A stretch of DNA of 53,328 bases, filler included, from Stramenopiles sp. TOSAG23-2 (lineage: Eukaryota): the NCBI GenBank assembly GCA_900128395.1. It is 3 parts of 3 records of this genome, joined end to end, with 100 filler letters (N's around TTAATTAATTAA, not from the genome) between each part and the next. Parts side by side here need not be neighbours in the genome. Positions count along the whole stretch, not along the records: positions 17,812 to 35,520 come from LT649631.1; 2 more parts are not named here. One strand, 5' to 3'. The translations under genes and the position numbers were made by a program. The notes under the pieces were generated by a model that did not search any database, was not told the origin of the DNA, and worked only from the letters and a program-made list of their open reading frames with translations. Positions 22,397 to 31,664 of the stretch are shown here, in pieces (position 1 is the first letter of the stretch; each line of letters starts with the position of its first letter).

Positions 22397-24016
22397 ATGG
22401 CAAATATAACAATTGGAAATTTAAATACACCTACCAATAATTCATCCTCACCATCTTCTTCTTCCTCCAATGGCAATAACAATAATAATAATATCATGCG
22501 ACCAATTCGTGCAGCAGAGAAAAATAGAATAGCAACAAATGATTTTGCAAATGACATTGCAAATATTTCGATACAAAAATATAATAACATTGTACATAAT
22601 AACAGTAATGAATTAAATTTTCAACAAACAGTTCTATCAACCTTTGTTTTAAGATATAAAAATCCAACTAATAATCAATATACTTTGAAAGTTGTTGCAT
22701 TAGGTGTTGGTACAAAGTTTTTGTCAAAAAGTAATATAGAAAATGATATTGACGGTAAATGTGTGAAAGATTTACATGCAGAAATTTTAGCACAGCGTTC
22801 TTTCAAATTATTTCTATATCAACAAATATTAGAATATTGTCAAAATAAAGATACATTAATATTTGAAAGCGCCACGAATGGTTCGACCAACAATAAAAGT
22901 AACAAAACACCTATATTCAGAACACCATGTAAATTAAAGGAAGATATCACGATACATTTTTATACGTCATCTCAACCTTGTGGTAATGCATGTTTAAAAA
23001 AATTTGCAAAATCATCAAAACCAAAATTTCAAAATTTACCAAAATATTGTTTACCAACTGATATACATAGTAAAAAGCAATTTTCTGCACTTGATAGAGG
23101 AGAAATTGCATTTCTTTTAAAAGGCAGTTGCGATACTTCAATTACTATGTCTAGTAGCATCAATAAAGATAGAAGTGCGAAAACGTTAGTAGATGGTACA
23201 CATGCAGTTAATGAAGATAAACGATCTTATATACATACTTGCAGTGATAAAATATTGAAATGGAATGCACTAGGTTTACAAGGAAGTTTACTCAAACATT
23301 TTATAAATGATATTTTATATATAAATACATGCACATTTGGACGTAAATTTGGCAAACCATTTAATGAACGTGCATTGTGTTGTAGAATGCAAACAATAAA
23401 CTTTACTTGCAATGTAACAAATAGCAACAATGCTGCTGATGATGATAAGAATAATAAATATAGAATGAATCACCCACCAATGTTATGTACGAATGTTAAA
23501 TTTGACGATACAATATATTATGAAGCAAATTCAAAAGCAACATTTCAAGAAACAAATTGTTTATATTGGTGCTACAATGATCAATATCCTAGCATACTTA
23601 ATGGTGAAACAGGTTTAGCTTTATTGGAAACAGATAGTAAGGGTACTTGTCGAATATCGAAATGTGGATTTGCAAATTTATTTCATATTATTTCAAAAAT
23701 GTGGATATTGAAAGATGACATGAATGATAAAAATAAAAATTGCATTGAATATTATGATTACAATTTATTAAAACAAGTAGGAAAGGCAAAGCATCATTAT
23801 GTATGTAAACAAATATTTTCAAATGGTTATAATAAAAAATTAAAATCTAAAAGAAAACATAATAAAAATGATACTACTGGTACTAAGAAAGATACTACTA
23901 CTGATGAAATAGAAAAGAAGCTAATTATTAACGGCACTGGGAAATGGATTAAGTCACCTAATGTAAAGCTGAATATTGCCGTTCCGAAAGTTATGCAAGA
24001 ATATTTGGAATTTTAA
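22397..24016 (+). CDS. Adenosine deaminase acting on RNA family (ADAT1/Tad1- or ADAR-type catalytic domain, no dsRBD)
   Basis: VVALGVGTK, DLHAEILAQR, YTSSQPCGNA, TCSDKILKWNALGLQGSLL, LNGETG, CRISK. Confidence 0.9.
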   Translation: MANITIGNLNTPTNNSSSPSSSSSNGNNNNNNIMRPIRAAEKNRIATNDFANDIANISIQKYNNIVHNNSNELNFQQTVLSTFVLRYKNPTNNQYTLKVVALGVGTKFLSKSNIENDIDGKCVKDLHAEILAQRSFKLFLYQQILEYCQNKDTLIFESATNGSTNNKSNKTPIFRTPCKLKEDITIHFYTSSQPCGNACLKKFAKSSKPKFQNLPKYCLPTDIHSKKQFSALDRGEIAFLLKGSCDTSITMSSSINKDRSAKTLVDGTHAVNEDKRSYIHTCSDKILKWNALGLQGSLLKHFINDILYINTCTFGRKFGKPFNERALCCRMQTINFTCNVTNSNNAADDDKNNKYRMNHPPMLCTNVKFDDTIYYEANSKATFQETNCLYWCYNDQYPSILNGETGLALLETDSKGTCRISKCGFANLFHIISKMWILKDDMNDKNKNCIEYYDYNLLKQVGKAKHHYVCKQIFSNGYNKKLKSKRKHNKNDTTGTKKDTTTDEIEKKLIINGTGKWIKSPNVKLNIAVPKVMQEYLEF

Positions 24017-24265
24017 AATTAGCTAACGCATCATCTATGATAGAATATCATATGATAATATGAGAAAATTATGTGAATATATGTTTATTTTGTAATATTA
24101 AAATGAGATGGATACTTCCGTATAAAATCACACACAAATACAAATACATCAACAGTGTGCAGGTGTGTGTTTACAATATTTTTTACATCATTTTTTACAT
24201 AAACTGCTACAACTCTCTGTGTGTACATATTAGATATAATTGCTTTTTTCTTTTCCTCTTCTCTT

Positions 24266-24733
24266 TCAATCTTCATCTTCTATAAGTATGTACGCCATTT
24301 TACTACCTAGTACTGCTACATAGCAATGGTCAAAAGTACTCTGTGTAACAGTTGTTCCAACATTCCAAAAAAATGTACCTCCTTCCATAGATTTCGCAAA
24401 AGAGGAAGACCATAACATTGCATACTCTTCCTTCATCATTTTTGATTCATAGGCAATAGATATATTCAAACTTTTTGTGAGTTTTGAAATAAGATCTTCT
24501 TTATTGATTTCTTCCATTGAGTCTGACGACAAATCAGGATTTAAATTGTCAAATGTGTTCTTCAAAACTTCGAACCAAGATTCATCGAAATTCAAAACAC
24601 CAGCTTTGGCAAAATCCAAAAAACCATGTGGACCAGGCTCTTTAAGTGCTTCAAACGCAGCCAACCAAACAGCAGTCGTACCGTCAGGACTTGCATGATC
24701 AAACGGGTCGAATGGTGCTAGTTTAAGTTCCAT
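24266..24733 (-). CDS. Hypothetical 155-aa protein ending TFDHCYVAV...ILIEDED
   Basis: ATG at 24733 (MELKL) after an AT-rich leader; globular composition. The ORF-track start at 24802 lies in non-coding-looking DNA. Confidence 0.7.
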   Translation of the reverse strand: MELKLAPFDPFDHASPDGTTAVWLAAFEALKEPGPHGFLDFAKAGVLNFDESWFEVLKNTFDNLNPDLSSDSMEEINKEDLISKLTKSLNISIAYESKMMKEEYAMLWSSSFAKSMEGGTFFWNVGTTVTQSTFDHCYVAVLGSKMAYILIEDED

Positions 24734-25289
24734 TTTTATGGAGTAATTCCAACGTATTAAAAAAAATAAATATATCCCACAAGCGCGCGCACACAACAAC
24801 AAAAAAAGAGACTACAATAAGTTTTGTAATAAAGAACACAACACAATATTATACGCACGCACACAATAGATAGTCAAATTTTCTGAATGAAATGAAACTA
24901 TCTTATTGTCTCAAAAATGATATATATATATATATATATATATAATAAATTAAAAAATCAATTATTTTTTGTTGTTTTGTAGTAGATCTATTTTGCGAAC
25001 TTTTTTTTTTTTTATTTACGACGGAAATACAGTTGGGCTTACTGTAAAAAATGGTTTCTTGTCAAAACGAAATAAAAAAAACCAAATTTACCATTCATAC
25101 TGTAACTGTAGCATGGCCATTTGGTTTCTTACGAAAGAAAACGAAGGAAAAGTTTGTTCATTTTTTTAATAGAACACACCCCAGAACACTTAAAAAATTT
25201 AGAATCTCTAATTTAGAATCTAATGATATTTTCATATTAAATTATTTCACAATACTAAATAGATGCTATAGATCTGCCAGATAGCTCAT

Positions 25290-25430
25290 GTGCCGATGAG
25301 TGCCAGTGCCTGGAGAGGAGTGCCAGGAGTGCCGCTTTTTGACGCATCATTCTGGCATTCTGGCATTCCTATAGCATTCCAGGCATTCCTCCTGAGCTGA
25401 GGCTCCTGATGGCATTCTGCCAGGCATTCT
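25290..25430. repeat. Bidirectional array of a short GARTGCC-like motif
   Basis: Five GTGCC-core copies (25290-25333) followed by six GCATTC-core copies in opposite orientation (25355-25429). GC-rich relative to flanks. Confidence 0.75.
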
Positions 25431-25505
25431 TTCTTCGGTGTTACGTGCTTACGGGGTGGAAAATTCTCCCTTAAATTATTCTAATTGACGCGCTTTTTTA
25501 TATAG

Positions 25506-26072
25506 TCGTCTATCTGGCTTGAGTTTGTCGATTATTGGATGGACCATTGTGCAACAAATGGCCTGAGTGTGGTTGCACTCAACCGAAAGGACAGTCGCGT
25601 TGCGGGAGTATTTATTGTCAGAGATCTTCTGTTGGTGCCTCCTGGGTTTGATGAGAAATACAAAAGCAATGCAAAAACTTTATCTCCTTGGATGGGGTTT
25701 CTTTGGCACATGGATGCTGAAGCTATTAAAAGGATGCCAGAATTGGGAGAACCTGGAAAAGCGGTGGACCTGTGGTTTTTGGGAGTCCATCCCGACTACA
25801 GGGGTAACAACATTGCAAACCACTTAACAAAAGGTGTTATGGATCTCCTGAAAACATCTGGTTTCAAATATGGAACGATTGAAGCAACAAATGCGTTTAC
25901 CTCCAAAGCGGCCAAATGGAACAATTTTAGGTCCATTTACTCGATGGAAGCAAAAGATTATTTATGGAACGGTGAGCCTATGTATACCAATGTCAAACCA
26001 CCCCACGGCACATGGACATTCTGGGTCAAACAAATCAACCAGGACGACAAGAGACTCGCACCTGCTTTGTAA
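25506..26072 (+). CDS. GNAT acetyltransferase (insect AANAT/dopamine N-acetyltransferase-like), probably last exon or 5'-truncated
   Basis: LSVVA, RVAGV, motif A FLGVHPDYRGNNIA, IEATNAFTSKAA. Frame stays coding-like upstream of ATG 25539 (SSIWLEFVDYW) to a tttttatatAG acceptor-like site ending at 25505. Confidence 0.8.
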   Translation, partial: SSIWLEFVDYWMDHCATNGLSVVALNRKDSRVAGVFIVRDLLLVPPGFDEKYKSNAKTLSPWMGFLWHMDAEAIKRMPELGEPGKAVDLWFLGVHPDYRGNNIANHLTKGVMDLLKTSGFKYGTIEATNAFTSKAAKWNNFRSIYSMEAKDYLWNGEPMYTNVKPPHGTWTFWVKQINQDDKRLAPAL

Positions 26073-26789
26073 ATCATGTCAAGAGTAAGCAACATTGTAA
26101 TAACGCGTATAAAGAATTACGTGTCATCGATTTTGTAAACAAGGAAAAAGATTCTATTTTATATAAGAAAGATTTATGATCACTCTTACTAATATTCGTA
26201 TTTTGTTTTACAGAGGCTGTATACAATTATTATTACTCATATATTCATGCATTATTGACCATTTTTGATGAGCGTAATAAAGATAATTTCCAGTCATCGA
26301 TTTTTCATAAAAAATATACGATTTTAAAAACAATTTTTATTTTTATTTACTCCGTATAAATTATAAAAACAACATTTGGCGTGTTTTGCATTTACAACAT
26401 GCCATTCTTCTATAAATTCGGGGTACATAATTTGATTATTTGAAATGTGCAATGTGTTTTTTTTAATAACGACACATTTAATTTCTCGCAGGAATATCGG
26501 GATATTAATAAATAAAATATTAGATACCTTAAAATAATACTTGTGTAAAAAATTTATATTTATTTACAGATTTACGGATGGTTCTTGCAAAGCCTTCCGT
26601 GCGCTTTATATATAGCTATGCTCAGCTTATTTTTGTGCTAAGTTAATGTGTGAAATGCATCACGAAGCATATATATAAAATGTACATGTATCTATATATA
26701 CGTATGTATATTTATATGTGTACGTAATATTAAAAAACACAACGAATTCGTTAAAAAAAATAATTTTTTATCTTTTATCCTTTTCCCCA

Positions 26790-27656
26790 TCAAAACGCAG
26801 CAGCTTGCATCATCATAAAATTACCGGATGTCATTGCGGCACTAAAAAACCCAAGTTTTCTACCATCATGAGTTTCACCATAATGATGTTCCGTCATTTC
26901 TTGTTCATTGGCAAAGATTAATTGTTCTTCTTGCTCTTTGCCTTCAATAACTTGCTTTAAACGACGTGTGCTTTTTGGTGGTGTATCAACGGTTTTATCT
27001 GGTTTGTTTACTTCTTTAAATATTGCTGTAGTGCAATTAATAAATAAATTTCTTACATAACCTGAACTATGCAATACAACTGAATGTTCCGAGGATTTTG
27101 TAAAACCAACAACATCCATAAATATAACGTCTTCACTATTTTTAAGTTTAAAAGTCACATCTTTTACAAATTTCATTTCATCATATGCCAACTTTGGTAT
27201 ATCAAGCATATGCGCAACTGAACGAACTTGTGATGTTTTAACAGCAGCACCTTTTCCATCCACTAAATTGCCACCAATAGTATGATTTTCTTTGCTTAAC
27301 TCGTTTGAGCCTACCATTAAACCAAGCAACAATGAGCATATTCCAAAAGCAACAAAAATTACTACATGTAATTTTTTACGTAGTGAATTGGCTTCCTTTG
27401 TTTTCTTATCCATATCGCTTATAATAGCTTTCACTTCTGCAATATCGAATGTACCAGACCTATCTGTATCATATTTCATCATTAAAATTTCAAGGTCATC
27501 TAACTGGCCGTCATCGCCACCATAGACTTTAATAGCATGGTGTACTTCCGTTTCGGTTAGTTCTATTCCAGATAACTGATGTATTTTTGTTTGTGCTAGT
27601 TTCCAATTTTCTTTTGCGGATTTTTTTAATCTACCGTCATTGTTCGGTGAGGCCAT
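26790..27656 (-). CDS. EF-hand-containing single-pass membrane protein
   Basis: Loops GGDDGQLDDLE and DTDRSGTFDIAE, short coiled coil, TM VVIFVAFGICSLLLGLMVG. Confidence 0.75.
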   Translation of the reverse strand: MASPNNDGRLKKSAKENWKLAQTKIHQLSGIELTETEVHHAIKVYGGDDGQLDDLEILMMKYDTDRSGTFDIAEVKAIISDMDKKTKEANSLRKKLHVVIFVAFGICSLLLGLMVGSNELSKENHTIGGNLVDGKGAAVKTSQVRSVAHMLDIPKLAYDEMKFVKDVTFKLKNSEDVIFMDVVGFTKSSEHSVVLHSSGYVRNLFINCTTAIFKEVNKPDKTVDTPPKSTRRLKQVIEGKEQEEQLIFANEQEMTEHHYGETHDGRKLGFFSAAMTSGNFMMMQAAAF

Positions 27657-28010
27657 GGTGTAATAATAATGTGTGTGTATTTGTGTGTGTGTCCAACTCT
27701 GCTATAGCTTATATTATATTACGAATACCTTTTATTAACTTTTAAACTTTTAACTTGCTTCATTTCATTAACTCCTCTTCTATATCCTAATCTATAGGTA
27801 CTAGACTTTTCCTTACTTCTATCCATTTTTACTTCGTACCTGGTATATTTAATACTTGTATTTAATTATAATATAGGATATAAAAAAAATGCTGTTATTA
27901 TAAATATTATACGCCCCAAAGATTTGTCGTTTATGGTGTGTCCATGCAAAAAAAAGTTATTTTACATATAGGGTGTTAGCGACTGCGTTTTAAACGCAGT
28001 CTATAGTATT

Positions 28011-28051
28011 TAATTTCCCTTTCAAGTATAAATTATTGGTCATTTTGATAG
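28011..28051 (+). repeat. Dispersed non-coding motif, copy on contig 2
   Basis: TAATTTCCCTTTCAAGTATAAATTATT (27 nt) identical to 41114-41140; core also at 645-671 on the minus strand. Confidence 0.8.
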
Positions 28052-28425
28052 GACGGAAGATATTCTTATCCGACGACCCGTCGTCCACCGTCGTCAAAAA
28101 TATCTTTTTGTACATACAGGATGTACAGTATTTATATATAATAAAATAAAATTGTTGCTGTTGAAAGCAAATACAGAAAGGCAAAGAGAATGTAGGAAAT
28201 TAAATCTATACGACGTACGAGGGGGGTAGAATATTTCTCTATATCACCCCTTTTTCTTGATATACTTGTAGATAAATTCGTTTTAGTCCTACTGTTTTGT
28301 ACATATAGATATAATTTTCAAAAAAATTTATATAAATTTTATTATATTGAAATTAGATATAATTCTTTAGTTAAAAGTTGGAATTTTTTTTTAATTATTG
28401 ATAATACCTATATTACATTGTAAAC

Positions 28426-28686
28426 ATGACATCTAATCAAAATAGATGGATTAATTATCTAACTGGACAATATGATCAGCAAACGCAAGCAAATCATAAT
28501 TCATTTCACTCCTCAAGTTGGATAAGGGTACATTCACCACCACAAGATAAACAACAACAACAAGGTATGATAATTGATGATGATAATCATAGTAATAATA
28601 ATAATAATAACAAACGTAAATCAATAGATTTAGGTAATGGTAATATGGATATTAATGTACGAAATAAAAAAATGTTTCGTCAATAA
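28426..28686 (+). CDS. Small low-complexity hypothetical protein
   Basis: ATG after AAAC; poly-Gln/Asn tracts and basic NLS-like clusters like other genes here; no recognisable domain. Confidence 0.45.
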   Translation: MTSNQNRWINYLTGQYDQQTQANHNSFHSSSWIRVHSPPQDKQQQQGMIIDDDNHSNNNNNNKRKSIDLGNGNMDINVRNKKMFRQ

Positions 28687-28810
28687 AATAATATTACGCC
28701 GGTGTGTGTATGTGTGTGTGTAATATAATTTGAAGAAATCTAAATCTACAGTCATTGTATACCCTCTCGCAAACCCTTAAACAACAAATATAAATATGAA
28801 TTTAAAAGTG

Positions 28811-29425
28811 TTACACGGAACCTTCTTTAACTTCATTTAATTCAATAAAATTTCCATCAAGATCAAAAAAACTATTTCCCCAAACAGTCACTTGACCACC
28901 ATTAGCAGTTGGATATGTATCAATGGACCCCTCAGATACAACATGAATTAATTGTTGTGCTTTTAATTTTTCCATCCGTTCTTTAACATTTGTTGTATTT
29001 AACAATATAACACAATCACCAAGACCAAGCTTACGTTTTGCTTCCTTTGGTTTGACCAATGGTTTATCCAAATAACATAATAATCCTATTACACCAACCA
29101 TATGATCTGTATATGATTTTAAAAAAATTAAACGTGCTTTTGCATCAAAAATTCCTGTTGGAAGCCCATTTCCAGTAATTGGCAATGTTTTATCAAATAC
29201 AATTTCTAATCCTAATATGTCACGATATATAGCTAATGATTTTTCCATATCACTTACTAATAATGTTGTTCGTCGAAATAATGTTGGTAGTTTATCTTTT
29301 GATACGTCTATTTTTTTCTTTTTCTTTTTGTTGTCATCATCATTATTATATTTTTTTTTTAACAATGTAAATGATACACCAATACCTACAATAAATGCAA
29401 CAATTGCTGTTGTGTTGTTTGACAT
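28811..29425 (-). CDS. Glyoxalase/VOC family protein with N-terminal membrane anchor
   Basis: RRTTLLVSDMEKSLAIYRDILGLE and FFDLDGNFIELNE; N-terminal hydrophobic helix. Confidence 0.85.
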   Translation of the reverse strand: MSNNTTAIVAFIVGIGVSFTLLKKKYNNDDDNKKKKKKIDVSKDKLPTLFRRTTLLVSDMEKSLAIYRDILGLEIVFDKTLPITGNGLPTGIFDAKARLIFLKSYTDHMVGVIGLLCYLDKPLVKPKEAKRKLGLGDCVILLNTTNVKERMEKLKAQQLIHVVSEGSIDTYPTANGGQVTVWGNSFFDLDGNFIELNEVKEGSV

Positions 29426-29841
29426 ATTTTTCTTTTTAGAAAAAAATCAATAATACACGTATATAGATGCAATACCAAAAACTTATTTATTTGGACAATA
29501 TAATATATATATATAATATACTAATCCTCTATAGATTAATTGTTATTTTTAATATATGTATGTGTATGCTACTCCTCTCTCTTTCATCTACATTATTCAT
29601 TTTATTATATCTATACAATAAAAAAAGCCGGCCATGTCAATGTTCAACTTACAAAAGAGCCGCCTATATGGAAAAAAAAAATAATAACTGGATTGGACAC
29701 ATATAGAAAATATAATTTTCCTAAATATATCAATAAGGAAGACGGCGATAATATTTCTTTTTGTATCTAATTGATTAGGTAAGTAAGAATGAAATAGTTG
29801 ATTGTAGTACAGAAATAAAAAAAAACAGAATAGTTGTGTGT

Positions 29842-30480
29842 ATGGCAACAATTGTAAAAGAAATGAAACGTAAATTAATATATAATAAAACATTAAAAGA
29901 ATTTTTATATGGCAAATGGAAAATTAAACGAAAGATGATCTCAAATGATGATGGGAAAACAATATTAGGAAAAGTAGATCATGGTGAAGCTAAATGGGAT
30001 CATGTACATAATAAATTAATCAAATTGAATAGTCCTGAAGAAGAAATTGTATCGCCTTTACATTTATTATATAGTGAAGAAGGTAAAGTACTTTTTACAA
30101 ATAATAATAATATGGGTGAATTACCATTTACACGAAAATATTTATATGAATTTAATGATGAAAATCTATTTAGTGCGAATGTATCTTTTTTCATACCAAG
30201 TGTTAAAAGTGAACATTTAAAACATTTCCATACAATGCAATTATTAAATGATGGTAAAACATTTGATTTAGAGGATCATCCATGTGTGGATGATATGTAT
30301 CGCGCGGAAATGAATTTGGTATCTAATGATGAGTTTTTTATATGTTGGAATGTCACGGGACCAAATAAAAATTATCGCATTGAGACAAATTATTTTAGAA
30401 TGATGGATGAAAGTACAAGAAGTATGATGAAGAATGATGCAACAACAACAGCAATGACGACGACGACGATGACAAAATAG
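29842..30480 (+). CDS. DUF6314-like protein
   Basis: GKWKIKR, LLYSEEG, TRKYLY, HFH, HPCVDDMY, WNVTGPNKNYRIETNYFR pattern; ATG at 29842. Confidence 0.75.
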   Translation: MATIVKEMKRKLIYNKTLKEFLYGKWKIKRKMISNDDGKTILGKVDHGEAKWDHVHNKLIKLNSPEEEIVSPLHLLYSEEGKVLFTNNNNMGELPFTRKYLYEFNDENLFSANVSFFIPSVKSEHLKHFHTMQLLNDGKTFDLEDHPCVDDMYRAEMNLVSNDEFFICWNVTGPNKNYRIETNYFRMMDESTRSMMKNDATTTAMTTTTMTK

Positions 30481-30555
30481 TAAAGTTTAAAAACACACAC
30501 ACCTTTTAAAAAAATGTATATATATATATATGTAGTATTACAGATAAGTTTTAAT

Positions 30556-31245
30556 TTATGACTTAGGTTCGCCCCCAAAAAATTCTTCCATTGATTTATT
30601 TAGACGATCTACTCTATCTTTTCCTGTTTTCCCTTCTAAACTATCAAAATACATTTGGTGAACGACAAACACTTCTTCATCAGTCATTTCTGAAAATTCA
30701 ATTGGTATATTCTTTGGATCCTGGCCTGTAGTTTCAATGATTTCTTTCACTCGTTGATCACGTACTATTTTCCTTTCTTCCTTCGTTTCACCTAATATAT
30801 CTTTATCTTTTAAAGTAGCACCAGTACTTTTATGTTGGACTCTAAAGGAAATAATTTCAGCATCATCGTTAGGCGATGAAGTTGGTTCTACAATTTTTTT
30901 ACATACTTTCTTATGATTTTTCCAATCTTTTTTTTGACACTTCTTTGAACAATAAAATGCTTGTTTACACCTTGTACATGTTTTTAACTTTCCATCTATT
31001 TTATTACAATAATTGCATCTTTTACCATTCAATTTATTCTTAGATGAGTCATTGTTATTGTCATTAGTATCGCTTTTGTCGACTTTGATATTATCATCAT
31101 TATTGTTATTATCTCCATGTCGTTTTATAAATCCTTGACATGTTTCCATATGTTTTATACATTCCTCTTCTGAATTTGCTTTAAATGGCATTTCACAAAG
31201 TGGGCATCGTACCATGCGTGATTTTGTCTTTTGTTTATCATCCAT
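30556..31245 (-). CDS. MYND zinc-finger protein with additional N-terminal C2HC finger
   Basis: CNYC...CTRCKQAFYCSKKCQKKDWKNHKKVC; CPLC...HMETC. Confidence 0.85.
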   Translation of the reverse strand: MDDKQKTKSRMVRCPLCEMPFKANSEEECIKHMETCQGFIKRHGDNNNNDDNIKVDKSDTNDNNNDSSKNKLNGKRCNYCNKIDGKLKTCTRCKQAFYCSKKCQKKDWKNHKKVCKKIVEPTSSPNDDAEIISFRVQHKSTGATLKDKDILGETKEERKIVRDQRVKEIIETTGQDPKNIPIEFSEMTDEEVFVVHQMYFDSLEGKTGKDRVDRLNKSMEEFFGGEPKS

Positions 31246-31664
31246 ATTTTATTTTTCTATATATATATTTGATATATATAAAATAAAAAAGTGTGTTTAT
31301 ATATATATATATATATAAGATCAATATATATATATATATATATCCTCGTATATATATATGGTTGTTGGAATCTATTTTCTATATATATTATATATAATAA
31401 TATTTATTATAGTACCTGGTATAGTAGTATATTTAATATATAATAATACGCAAGCTTATATGTACATGATACATGATGAATATTAATATTAAAAGAAAAT
31501 AAGTTCTTAACATACACACACACACACTTTTCTCCCTTTTTATATTATGCATACCGCTGCTCAAAAGAATACAGCTTGCGTGACTGAGCCAAAATATTAT
31601 ATATTTTTTGTACAACATAAAAAAATATCTAATAATATGATATATTAAGATAAACACCGATTTC

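Noticed and set aside
20680-30480. Prokaryotic island or operon (SDR, GNAT, VOC, DUF6314)
   Set aside because: Mixed orientations, interleaved eukaryotic genes, host-like poly-Asn/Gln tracts and AT-rich spacers. Individual ancient transfers remain possible.
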